A DNA stretch of 64,000 nt from Octopus sinensis (GCF_006345805.1 NC_043005.1:1426001-1490000); one strand, 5' to 3'. Counted from the first letter of the stretch, positions 1 through 12,670 are shown. Notes: a model not told the origin generated them from the sequence alone. Translations and numbers: made by a program.

Positions 1-2029
1 GCTTCATTTCTAGCGAGCTTACGCATATCCTCAGCAGTCACGGCCCATGTTTCACTGCCATGTAGCATGGCTGTTCGTACACACGCATCATACAGTCTGC
101 CTTTCACTCTGTGTGAGAGGCCTTTTGTCACCAGCAGAGGTAAGAGCTCTCTGAACTTTGCCCAAGCTATTCTTACTCTAGCAGTTACACTTTCAGCACA
201 CCCGCCCCCGCTGCTGACTTGGTCACCTAGGTAACGGAAACTATCAACTATTTCTAGTTTTTCTCCCTGGAAAGTGACGGAAGTTGGTCTCAGAGCATTT
301 TCAGTGTTTATTGTTCCTGAGCATCTGCCACATACAAAAACCATCTTCCTAGTTAGCCTTCCTTTGACATTGCTGCATCTCTTATGTGTCCATAGCTTAC
401 ACTTGGTGCATCTTATAGAGTTTCTACCTACACCTTTTCTACAGATCGAGCAGGGCCATCTACCTGAAGGTGTTTGTGATTTGTCTACCTTCCTACTGAT
501 TACGACTTTGGTTTTAGCTAGATTGACTCTGAGGCCCTTCGATTCTAATCCTTGTTTCCACACCTGAAACTTCTCCTCCAGTTCTGATAGCGACTCAGCA
601 ATTAGAGCAAGGTCATCAGCATAGAGGAGCTCCCAAGGGCATCCTGTCTTGAATTCCTCCGTTATTGCCTGGAGGACTATGATAAATAGGAGGGGGCTGA
701 GTACTGAGCCTTGGTGGACCCCTACCTCTACCCGGAATTCTTCACTGTACTCATTTCCAACCCTCACCCTACTAGCGGCGTCCCTATACATGGCCCGCAC
801 AGCTCTCACTAACCATTCATCTATCCCTAGTTTTCTCATTGCCCACCAGATAAGGGATCGGGGGACCCTGTCGAAGGCTTTCTCCATGTCAACAAAAGCC
901 AGGTACAGGGGCTTATCTTTGGCTAGGTATTTCTCCTGCAGCTGCCTTACCAGGAATATAGCATCAGTAGTACTTTTCCCTGGCACAAACCCAAACTGCA
1001 TCTCATCTAAACTAACTCTCTCTCTAATTAGTTGGGCTATGACCCTCTCCGTAACCTTCATCACCTGGTCCAACAGCTTGATACCTCTGTAGTTATTTGT
1101 ATCTAGGGCATCACCTTTACCTTTGTAGCAGTTGACTATTATACTGCTACACCAGTCATTGGGTATGACCCCTTTGTGTATCACCTGATTAACTATATGG
1201 GTGACTAGGCTATAGCCGACACTACCAGACATTTTGAGCATCTCTGCAGTGATTCCTGATGGGCCTGGGGCTTTCCCTGTCTTCATGCTTCTAATTGCCT
1301 TAGCTACCACAGAACTATCAACTCGGATAGCTGGTCCCTCTGTTGGGTCAACATTCGGCAGACTCTCTTTATCCCATTCATTTTCTTCATTCAGCAACCT
1401 TTCATAGTGGCATCTCCAAACCTCTCTCTTCGCATCCTCATTTAGCGCAAGTGAACCATCTTCCATGCGAACACACTTCTCTCCTACCACATCACGATTC
1501 TCTCTCACACACTGTCTTGCAACACGAAACACCTCCAGTCTTTGGTCCTCACGGCGCAGAACATTGGCAAATTTTTTCTTATCTGCTTCCCCTCTGGCTA
1601 AATAAACCTGTCTCCTAGCTTCTCTTTTGGCAGTCTGATACAATTCCCTGCTACCCCCATTTTTCCAGACCTTCCAAGCCTGTCTCTTTTCTCTAATAGC
1701 CCTGTCTACAATATTGTTCCACCACCACGTTATTCTAGGTCGAGAGGGGACTTTGCACCAGCCACAGATCTGGTCAGTGGCTCTCAGCAGGTTGTCTCTT
1801 AGAAACGTCCAGCTGTCTTCTACTCCCTGTGATGCTCTATCCCCTTCTACTTCGTCAGAGGCTTCAAGTAATATGTCCCTAAATCTCTGTCCATTTGCAG
1901 GATCTTTAAGCTTCCATATCCTTCTTCTCCATATTTGTCGTCTTCTGGTTGTCCTCCTAGTCCTGATCCTAAAGTCACTAACTACCAGTCTATGTTGTGG
2001 GGTACATTCTTCTATGTTGTGGGGTACAT
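1..2029 (-). mobile_element. RTE-clade LINE, 5'-truncated, young copy; 3' end runs off the window
   Basis: Manual minus-strand translation gives one stop-free frame from 2009 to 3: APE end (ECTPQHRLVV), linker (IWKLKD, WWWN), RT (KAPGPSGI, NYRGIKLL, QFGFVPGKST, FVDMEKAFDRVP, HQGSVLSPLLF, YADD at 612-623) and thumb region (FRYLG, MLHGSETW). Confidence 0.97.
3..2009 (-). CDS. RTE ORF, partial (669 codons): APE C-terminus, reverse transcriptase, PHD finger, thumb
   Basis: Open frame checked by hand line by line. It is missing from the ORF track, probably because no stop codon falls inside the window. Confidence 0.92.
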
Positions 2030-2037
2030 ATATATAA

Positions 2038-2515
2038 AAGCTAAAAGCTAAAAAGCTAAAACTCTATTCTCTCCAACGTCGTCGTGAGCGCTACATCATC
2101 TGCATGATGTGGAAAATATTCCATCAGCATTGCCCAAATGATGTTGGCATCACCTTCAAGGTACATCCAAGGCTTGGGCACCGTGCCATCCGCCCAAAAC
2201 AAAAATCGCACTCTCATCTCATAACAACAATACGGCACAATTATTTCACCTCAATTGGCCCCGCTCTCTTTAACATTACACCAAAACACATTAAAACAGA
2301 AACTGACCCTATAGGGTTCAAGAAGTCTTTGGACAGATTCCTTCAAGAAATCCCGGATAAACCCCCTACACCCGGATATGTCTCTGTAAACAATAACTCT
2401 CTACTTGAGTGGGCCATAGTGCCCAGATTCTGACTTGAAAGACTTCACCAGGTGGTGCTATTAAGTTAGACATGGCCTGGGCCAATAATGGCCGAAACCT
2501 ATTAAAGTATCAAAG
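2038..2515 (+). mobile_element. CR1/Jockey-group LINE family B, 3' fragment
   Basis: KLKLYSLQRRRERY...PALFNITPK...FKKSLDRFLQEIPDKP...NSLLEW (ORF 2104-2433), then a 3' UTR with GGTGGTGC...CATGGCC...GAAAC. Homologous to 23030-23715. Confidence 0.88.
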
Positions 2516-2632
2516 TATACATACATATATATATACATACATATATATATATACATACATATATATATACATACATATATATATACATACATATATATAT
2601 ATACATACATATATATATACATATATATATAC

Positions 2633-2666
<34 letters not shown>

Positions 2667-2819
2667 ATACATATATACATACATATATACATATATATAC
2701 ATACATATATATACATATATACATACATATATACATATATATACATACATATATACATATATATACATACATATATACATATATATACATACATATATAC
2801 ATATATATACATATATACA

Positions 2820-2850
<31 letters not shown>

Positions 2851-2855
2851 ATACA

Positions 2856-2939
<84 letters not shown>

Positions 2940-3173
2940 CATACATATATATATACATATACATACATATATATATACATATATACATACATATATACAT
3001 ATATATACATACATATATACATATATATATACATACATATATACATATATATACATACATATATCATATATATACATACATTATACATATATATACATAC
3101 TATATACATACATATATACATACATATATATACATACTATATACATATATATATATACAATATATATATATAC

Positions 3174-3210
<37 letters not shown>

Positions 3211-3257
3211 CATATATATATACATAATATATATATATACATATAATATATATATAC
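2516..3257. repeat. (TA)n/(TACA)n compound microsatellite
   Basis: Seen directly; source of the IYIY/VCIY pseudo-ORFs. Confidence 0.97.
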
Positions 3258-3262
3258 GTAGA

Positions 3263-3490
3263 GGCGCAATGGCCTAGTGGTTAGGCAGCGGACTCGCGGT
3301 TCGCAGGATCGCGTTTTGATTCTCAGACTGGGCGTTGTGTGTGTTTATTGAGCGAAAACACCTAAAAGCTCTACGAGGCTCCGGCAGGGGGGGTGATCCC
3401 TGCTGTACTCTTTCACCACAATGGCGGTGCCCCAGCATGGCCACAGCTCAAGAGCTGAAACTGGAAAAACAAAAACAAAAACAAAAACAA
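3263..3490 (+). mobile_element. tRNA-derived SINE with CR1-family-A 3' tail
   Basis: A-box-like TGGCCTAGTGG and degenerate B box in the head. The tail at 3421-3466 matches the LINE 3' end at 15813-15858, followed by (CAAAAA)n. Confidence 0.85.
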
Positions 3491-3532
3491 ATATATACAT
3501 ACATATATATATATCATACATATTATATATAC

Positions 3533-3595
<63 letters not shown>

Positions 3596-3999
3596 CATAT
3601 ATATATATACATATATATATACATCATATATATATATATACATATATATATACATATATATATATATACATATATATTACAATCATATTATCATATTATA
3701 TACCATATATAATATATATCACATAGATATATACATATATAATATACACATATATATATTATACACATATATATATATACACATATAGATATATATACAT
3801 ATATATATAATATATACAATATATATATATACATATATTATATTATACCTATATATATATATACATATATATATATACACATATATATATATACACATTA
3901 TATATATACACATATATATATATACACATATATATATATACACATATATATATATACACATATTATATATACACATAATATATATATACATATATATAC

Positions 4000-4046
<47 letters not shown>

Positions 4047-4059
4047 CATATATATATAC

Positions 4060-4090
<31 letters not shown>

Positions 4091-4256
4091 CATATATATT
4101 ATATATACATATATATATATATACATATATATATACATATATATATATTCCATATATATATATTATACATATATATATATATCACCTATATATAATATAT
4201 ATACAGATATATATATACATATATATATATATACATATCATATATATACATATAAT

Positions 4257-4290
<34 letters not shown>

Positions 4291-4326
4291 CCTATACATA
4301 TTATATATATATATATATATATATAT
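3491..4326. repeat. (TA)n/(TACA)n microsatellite
   Basis: Seen directly. Confidence 0.97.
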
Positions 4327-4989
4327 TTCAGCAGCAGAATAAAATTCATGAAATTCACACCATTTGCAACGACACTTAGCACTGTCAAGGTGAAAGCAGA
4401 TTCTTTCACAAAGTTAGAAGACAGCAATGATAGGACAAGATGAACCCTGCTCAAGAAACTGTGCAACTGAGCCTTCTAAAACCCCTAAAAATCCCAGGGA
4501 GCAAGATGAGAGAGAAGAATCTTAATTTCTATCATCCCAGCACCCCATATCAAGAATAAGATGCCACCAAACTTTAGAAATAAGGAAGTCATGCTGCTCC
4601 ATATTGACATTTTACTGAATCTTTCTCATAATATAAACAATGGTTTTTTTTTCCTTTAAACCACTGAAAGAAAAGGACACAATTAATTAAACCAACTCCC
4701 TTTTTTATATGACTTATTTTAATAACACTAGAAATATGAAAACATGAATTTCTGCAAGATTTGAACTCAGAAATGGTAGAGATCAAACTAGAGTGATTTA
4801 TTGAGTTGGTCACGCATTACAATAACAACAGGATGGAAGGGTTGATAAAAATACCCCTAGTACCTGACTTGTATCTGTTTCTATTAGCTCAGGAGAAATG
4901 GAAGACAAAGTTTTCTGGGGTGGGGTTTGAACTTGAGCCAAAGAAATTATGACATTCCATAAATAGCTATCAAATCTTCTTGCCCCAGT

Positions 4990-5031
<42 letters not shown>

Positions 5032-5713
5032 CACACACACACACACACAAACAAATGGTATTTAAAATACAAAAATGCATCAGTACATACCTTAGTGTTA
5101 AAAGCAAATAGTTCCAAGTCCCATAGCTTTTTTACAGCTAAGCAACTAAATTGCTTCCTTGCTTGCTTGCTAGGCAGATAGGTAGGTAGATAAAAAGGTT
5201 GGTAAATAGGTAAGTGTCCAATCCAACAAGATGATACAACACCACAGCCACCGCCACTGGTGACAACAGCAGCAAAAGTAAAGGGTTCCACTGGCCCCAC
5301 AAACACAAGCGGGGCCACAGGCACAAGTACAAATATCCTTCTTGGTTTCAAACTGGCCGTTTTGACCTAGATTTCGCTTACAGCACATATCCAACACATT
5401 GTGACAGGGTTACCGCTAAGGTAAGGTGGTTGATGATGATGATACAGTCTGGGTGGGGTTTAAATCTCCAGTACCTTCCTGAAATAATAATAATAATAAT
5501 AATAGAAACAACAACAACTAAATAAACTGAGAAACAGGTAAATCAATCAATTTACACATTCAGGATGATAAATGAAGCAATATACACACATAAATACATT
5601 AATATACATACATGAAAATATACATACAACTAGTTTGACATATATACAAGTAAATATAATCAAAATAGGGAGAAAAAGCAACAACCCCAGTCACAAATAT
5701 GTCTATACATGTA

Positions 5714-5751
<38 letters not shown>

Positions 5752-5755
<4 letters not shown>

Positions 5756-6551
5756 TATGTTTTTATGAACTTTAGGAAGGCCATAAAAAAGGCTAGGCCT
5801 GCATTTGAAATTGGTGATATAGTCCTTTTCTTTTTCTGTGAGCCCTTGACCGTGTTGGAGTATGAGGGTGGTGAGGTTTTTGATTGTTTTTTGTTGTTTA
5901 TAGTTGGTGATTACCTCATAGAAAGTGTTGTTGTTTAGCATGGAAAGCACTAGGTGTTTATAAAACTCCGTGTCCATAAGGACCACAGAACTCCCTTTGT
6001 CGGCGTCTTTGATGGTAAGGCTTTTGTCCTGTTGTAAGTCACATAGGTTTTTCCATTCCTCCCTATTGAAGTTGGACTTTACCTTGGTTTTGTCTGGAGT
6101 AAAGGGGAGACTCTGGATGTGTTTGGGAAAATCGTCCAGTGCTTCACAGGAACTGGATAATTCCTACCCCATTTCCTGTTTTGACACTCTTTTACCAAAC
6201 ACCTTAAACTAAGCACTACCTTTAAGCACATGGATCTTAATCCTCCAAAGAAATTTTTCCAAGAACTATCATTGAACTCTAAAAGCATAAAAACTCTACA
6301 ATGTATTGGTATACTTATTTATTAATTTTTGTAAATGTTTATTATTATTTTTTTAAAAAAAACATTGTAAATTTCTTTTTTCCCCTTCCTCAATTTTAAA
6401 AAAATTTCTTTTCTCCTTTCAAATCTTGAAACTTTGCTTTGCAATGAAAACTGGTTAGATTTTTATTATTTTTAAATTTTCCATACACCCATTTTTGTTA
6501 AAATTTACTTCCAATTTAGCATTCTGCCTTATTATAATTTTCCTCTCCTTA
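5752..6551 (-). mobile_element. Penelope-like element, RT N-terminal fragment (copy 1)
   Basis: LTIKDADKGSSVVLMDTEFY...LFYGLPKVHK; the ADKG and FYGLPKxHK motifs are typical of PLE RTs. Confidence 0.85.
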
Positions 6552-6651
6552 NNNNNNNNNNNNNNNNNNNNNNNNNNNNNNNNNNNNNNNNNNNNNNNNN
6601 NNNNNNNNNNNNNNNNNNNNNNNNNNNNNNNNNNNNNNNNNNNNNNNNNNN
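6552..6651. other. Assembly gap (100 N)
   Basis: Run of N. Confidence 1.
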
Positions 6652-6677
6652 TATATATATATATAGTTATAATATAT

Positions 6678-7474
6678 ATATCATATGTTTTTATGAACTT
6701 AGGAAGGCCATAAAAAAAGGCTAGGCCTGCATGTGAAATGGTGATATAGTCCTTTTCTTTTCTGTGAGCCCTTGACCGAGTTGGAGTATGAGGGTGTGAG
6801 GTTTTTGATGTTTTTTGTTGTGTTATAGTTTGGTGATTACCTCATAGAAAGTGTTGTTGTTGTTTAGCATGGAAAGCACTAGGTGTTATAAATCTTCGTG
6901 TCATAAGGACCACAGAACTCCCTTTGTCGGCCGTCTTTGATGGTAAGCTTTTGTCCTGTTGTAAGTCACATAGGTTTTTCATTCCTCCATATTGAAGTTG
7001 GACTTTACCTTGGTTTTGTCTGGAGTAAAGGGGAGACTCTGGATGTGTTTGGGAAAATCGTCCAGTGCTTCACAGGAACTGGATAATTCCTACCCATTTC
7101 CTGTTTTGACACTCTTTTACCAAACACCTTAAACTAAGCACTACCCTTTAAGCACATGGATCTTAATCCTCCAAAGAAATTTTTCCAAGAAACTATCATT
7201 GAACTCTAAAAGCATAAAAAACTCTACAATGTATGTGATACTTTATTATTAATTTTGTAATGTTTATATTATTTTTTAAAAAAAAACATTGTAATTTCTT
7301 TTTTCCCCTTCCTCAATTTTAAAAAAATTTCTTTTCTCCTTTCAAATCTTGAAACTTTGCTTTGCAATGAAAACTGGTTAGATTTATTATTTTTTAAATT
7401 TTCCATACACCCATTTTTGTTAAAATTTACTTTCAATTTAGCATTCTGCCTTATTATAATTTTTCCTCTCCTTA
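6678..7474 (-). mobile_element. Penelope-like fragment (copy 2), near-identical to copy 1
   Basis: Same sequence and endpoints as 5752-6551, differing mainly by small indels. Confidence 0.85.
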
Positions 7475-7518
7475 TATATATATATATGTATGATATATAT
7501 ATATATATATGTATGATA

Positions 7519-8300
7519 TCTCTTATTATAAAAGGCAGATTTTATCTGCCTCCCTTTCTCTCTTATAGAAATCTACAATATAGGATTTCTTCAATTACAA
7601 TTTACCTAGCATTTTAAGAGTAGAATGCATCGGGTTTTGCCAGGTCCACTTTTTAAAATTTTCAACCCCAATTAAGTAAAATTTAGAGAAAAACTCACAT
7701 TGTGTGTATGAGTCAAATGCTTCTCTTAGTGTGATCTACAGCACACGCCACACGCACACACACAGTGTGCACGAATAAAGTGAAAGTAATTCACTGTGTG
7801 TGTGTTGACAGGTAGACATAGAATGCGATGGCGATGTAATATTTGTTCTGTCTATGACGCTGATAGATACATGAGTTAAAATGTATGGGAAGCTAAAGAG
7901 ATAGAGTGAGTGAAAATGTTCTTGGAAGAGATAAATAGCGAGAGAGTGATTTGAGGAAGACTACATTAAATAACCGTAGTGGCTTGTCAAATGAAGAGGA
8001 GTGAAAGGGTACTGGAGAAAATAGGGTGAGTGAGGAAGATGGCCCAGCTAAAAACCACACCTTTTAAGATAGGGATTTCTAAGGTAGCCCACGAGCGCAT
8101 CGTCACCTCATTTACATGTCCCTGTAATTTTGGAGCGAATCGGACGGGATAAAAGTTATCTCTAAGAAACAGAAAGATCACCCAAAAGTGTATATAGATA
8201 TTTAAATGTATTTATATATTCATCTATACACACATGTATGTATAATGTGCGTGTATATTTCCATAGAGGTAACCATTCAATCCATACAAAGTTTTTTAGG
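7519..8300 (+). mobile_element. Possible non-autonomous Helitron-like element
   Basis: Begins with TC-TCTTATTATAAAAGGCAG, resembling Helitron 5' ends; 3' end not identified. Confidence 0.35.
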
Positions 8301-8310
8301 ACGAAAATAT

Positions 8311-9127
8311 TTATATATATAAAAGAAGGTTGTGTCTGTCTACTCTGATTTAGATCCTAACTACTCACATTTTGCGATGCAGTTTAACAAAACCGGGTAT
8401 CTTATAGTCGTGATTCATATCGAGCCCTTCTGGGTATTAGCGCGCGTCTACGATGAGTCTATGATTTTACAAATAATTTACCATCATTTTTTTCCATTTT
8501 AATGCATATTTTTTTTAATAAAGGAAGTAACTCTCAAATTCACCAATATGCGTGCTCATATGCGGAAGTAAATCACCAGCAGCATTCCTCACACCCTCCT
8601 TGCACTTGGCGAAGGCAAAATACCAGGGGATGAAAATGGTAATATTGCCATCGATTCCATTTGTAACATTGTTAAGACGCCTTCTGATCTCAGAGATGCA
8701 GTGTTCCCAGATCTACAAGCTAATTATCAGAATATGGATTGATTGGCAAAAAGGCTATACTGGCCCCGAGGAATAAAACTGTTCACCATATTAATGATGA
8801 AATGCTAAAATCATTCCTGTATATTAGTCTATCGAACAAAACTCCTGACCCAGAGGACGTCATCAACTATCCAATAGAGGTACTCAATTCCTTTGAGCAC
8901 CCTGACTACCACCACACTTTCTCAAACTTAAAGTTGGTGCCCCTATAATGTCATCAGAAATTTGGTTCCCCCAAACAATGCAATGGCACACGTTTGATCG
9001 GTAAGTCCTATCTCCCACCGTAAGTAAACTTATATTCATATTTGCTGATAATCATATATTCAGTGCAATCATTAAAACAGTACTTTCAAGCAATCAGCCC
9101 CGAGCAAACGCCGGGCAAATCTGCTAG
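8311..9127 (+). mobile_element. Non-autonomous Helitron carrying a degraded PIF1-family helicase segment
   Basis: 5' (T)TATATATATAAAAG. Frameshifted remnant reads LLALGEGK...VFPDL...AILAPRN...IN...YPIEVLNS...LKVGAPIM...CNGTRL. 3' hairpin CCCG-AGCAAACGC-CGGG followed by CTAG (9124-9127) and T. Confidence 0.88.
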
Positions 9128-9186
9128 TATATATTATATATATGATATATTATAATTATATATATGATATATGATATATATATATA

Positions 9187-9227
<41 letters not shown>

Positions 9228-9393
9228 TATATATATATATATATATATGATATATATATATATATATGATATTATATATATATATATGATATATATATAT
9301 ATATATATGATATATATATATATATATATGATATATATATATATATATATGATATATATATATATATATATGATATATAATATATGATATATA

Positions 9394-9441
<48 letters not shown>

Positions 9442-10007
9442 TATATATATGATATATATATATATATATATGATATATATATATATATATGATATATGAT
9501 ATATAGATATGATATATATATATATATATATGATATATATATATATATGATATATATATATATATATGATATAATATATGATATATCTATATATATGATA
9601 TAATATATATATATGATATAATGAAGATTATATATATGATATAATATAATATAATATGATATAATATATATATATATGATATATATATATATTGATATAT
9701 ATATATATATATGATATATATGATATATATATATGATAATATTTGATATATATATATATATATATATGATTATATGATATTATATGATATTATATATGAT
9801 ATATGATATATAGATAGATATATATATATATATATATGATATATATATATGATATATAATGATATATATATATGATATATATATGATATATATATGATAT
9901 AATATATGATATATATATATATATATATTGATATATATATATGATATATATATGATATATATATATATACATGATATACATGATATATATATATATATAC
10001 ATGATAA

Positions 10008-10073
<66 letters not shown>

Positions 10074-10110
10074 AATATGATAATGGATATATATATATAT
10101 ATATATGATA
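9128..10110. repeat. (TA)n with periodic TGA interruptions
   Basis: Seen directly. Confidence 0.97.
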
Positions 10111-11935
10111 TCATCATCATCATCATTTAGCGTCCGTTTTCCATGCTAGCATGGGCTTGACGGTTTAACTGGGGTCTGTGAAGCAGGAAGGCTTCATCAG
10201 GCCCAGTCAGATTTGGCAGTGTTCTACGGCTGGATGCCCTTCCTAACGCCAACCACTCGCGAGTGTAGTGTGGGTGTTTTACGTGCCACCTGCCACAGTG
10301 CAAGACATGAGCTGGCGAACGGCCACGAACGGATGGTGTTTTTACGTGTCACCAGCACGGGGCAGGCAATGCTGGCAAAGACACGAAGGATGGTGCTTTT
10401 ACGGCCACCGACACGGGCCAGACAGAGCTGGCAAACGGCTGCGAATGGACGGTGCTTTTACGTGTCACCTGCACGGGGCCAGCGAGGCTGGATACGAACA
10501 CGAACGGATGGTGCTTTTAAACGTGCAAGAACGGGGCCAGACAGAGCTGGCAAACGGCCACGAACGGACGGTTGCTTTACGGTCACCTGCACGGGGCCAG
10601 CCGAGGCTGGCAACGAACACGAAACAGAGCTTTTACGTGTCACTGCACGGGGGCCAGCCGAGGCTGGCAACGAAACACGAACGGAATGCGGTGCTTTTAC
10701 GTGTCACTGCACGGGGGCCAGAGAGGCTGGCAACGAACACGAAACGGACGGTGCTTTTACGTGTCACCTGCACGGGGGCCAGCCGAGGCTGGCAACGAAC
10801 AGAACGGACGGTGCTTTTAGTGTCACCTGCACGGGGGCCAGCCGAGGCTGGCAACGAACACGAACGACGGTGCTTTTACGTGTCACCTGCACGGGGGCCA
10901 GCTGAGGCTGCAGCGAACACGAAGGACGGTGCTTTACGTGTCACCTGCACGGGGGCAGCCGAGGCTGGGCAACGAACACGAACGGACGGTGCTTTACGTG
11001 TCACCTGAACGGGGGCCAGCCGAGGCTGGCAACGAACACGAACGGACGGTGCTTTTACGTGTCACCTGCACGGGGGCCAGCCGAGGCTGGCAACGAACAC
11101 GAACGGACGGTGCTTTTACGTGTCACCTGCACGGGGGCCAGCCGAGGCTGGCAACGAACACGAACGGACGGTGCTTTTACGTGTCACCTGCACGGGGGCC
11201 AGCCGAGGCTGGCAACGAACACGAACACGGTGCTTAAGTGTCACCTGCACGGGGGCCAGCTGAGGCTGGCAGCGAACACGAACGGACGGTGCTTTTACGT
11301 GTCACCTGCACGGGGGCCAGCCGAGGCTGGCTACGAACACGAACGGATGGTGCTTTACGTGCCACCGAACGGGGCCAGACAGAGCTGGCAAACGGCCACG
11401 AAGGACGGTGCTTTTACTGTCACCTGCACGGAGGCCAGCCGAGGCTGGCAATGAACACGAACGGAGGGTGCTTTACGTGCCATGGACACGGGCCAGACAG
11501 AGCGGGCAAACGGCAGAAGACGGTGCTTTTACGTGCACGGCACGGGCCCAGCGAGGGGCTCGCACGGACCGAACGGACTGGCTTTTATGTGCCACCGACA
11601 CGGGGCCAGATGGCGCTGGCAAACGGCCACGAACGGACGGTGCTTTTAGTGTCACCGGCACGGGGCCAGACGGAGCTGGCAAACGGCCACGAACGGGACG
11701 GTGGCTTTTACGTGTCACTGGCCCGGGGCCAGGCGAGGCTGGCAACGAACACGAACGGATGGTGCTTTTACGTGGCCACCGACACGGGGGCCAGACAGAG
11801 CTGGCAAAACGGCCACGAGCGAATGGTGCTTTTAGTATCACCGACACGGGTGCCAGACAAGGCGACAGTGGACACGAACAGAGGGGTCACTTAACCCCTG
11901 CTTTCTGATATATGATTTGATTTTGATTGTTCTCA
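10111..11935 (-). mobile_element. RTE 3' UTR-only insertion with (GAT)n tail and expanded internal VNTR
   Basis: Tail and core (GGTTGGCGTTAGGAAGGGCATCCAGCC) match the RTE 3' UTR at 43257-43700. Confidence 0.88.
10280..11885. repeat. 61-bp minisatellite, about 26 units
   Basis: Unit GGTGCTTTTACGTGTCACCTGCACGGGGGCCAGCCGAGGCTGGCAACGAACACGAACGGAC; it shifts 1 nt per 60-nt line, giving a period of 61. Confidence 0.95.
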
Positions 11936-11939
11936 CTGG

Positions 11940-12314
11940 TATATGATATATATGATATATATATAGATATATCTATATATAATATATATATATATGATAT
12001 ATATATATGATATATATATATATATATGATATATAATATGATATATATATATGATATATATATATATATATGATATATATATATGATATATATATGATAT
12101 ATAATATATATGATATATATATAGATATATATATATATGATATATATATGATATATATATGATATATATATGATATATATAGATATATATATATGATATA
12201 TATATATATATGATATATATAGATAATATGATATATATATATATGATATATATATATGATATATATATATAATGATATATATAGATAGATATATATATAT
12301 ATGATATATATATA

Positions 12315-12349
<35 letters not shown>

Positions 12350-12670
12350 ATATATATATATATGATATAATATATATATATGATATATATATATATATGA
12401 TATATATATATATATGATATATATATATATATATGATATATATATATATATGATATATATATATATGATATATATATATATATGATATATATATATATAT
12501 GATATATATATATATGATATATATATATATATGATATATATATATATATATGATATATATATTATATCTGATATATAATATATATGATATATATATATAT
12601 ATATGATATATATATAATGATATTATATATATATATATGATATATTATATATGATATATATATATATATG

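Noticed and set aside
274-2037. Plus-strand ORFs of 91-147 aa
   Set aside because: They are antisense shadows of the RTE ORF; the same applies to 44395-44868 and 62642-62935.
3263-3340. tRNA gene
   Set aside because: It has A/B-box-like motifs but no complete cloverleaf, and continues into a SINE body and LINE-derived tail.
2461-4466. Long IYIY/VCIY ORFs (also at 9.8, 12.7, 19-23, 24-25 and 57 kb)
   Set aside because: They are translations of (TA)n/(TACA)n microsatellites, which lack stops in some frames.
10280-11885. CRISPR-like array or repeat-protein ORFs (230-246 aa)
   Set aside because: Units are contiguous with no unique spacers, there are no cas genes, the context is eukaryotic, and the unit derives from the RTE 3' UTR. 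A period of 61 is not a multiple of 3, so the ORFs just cycle through frames.
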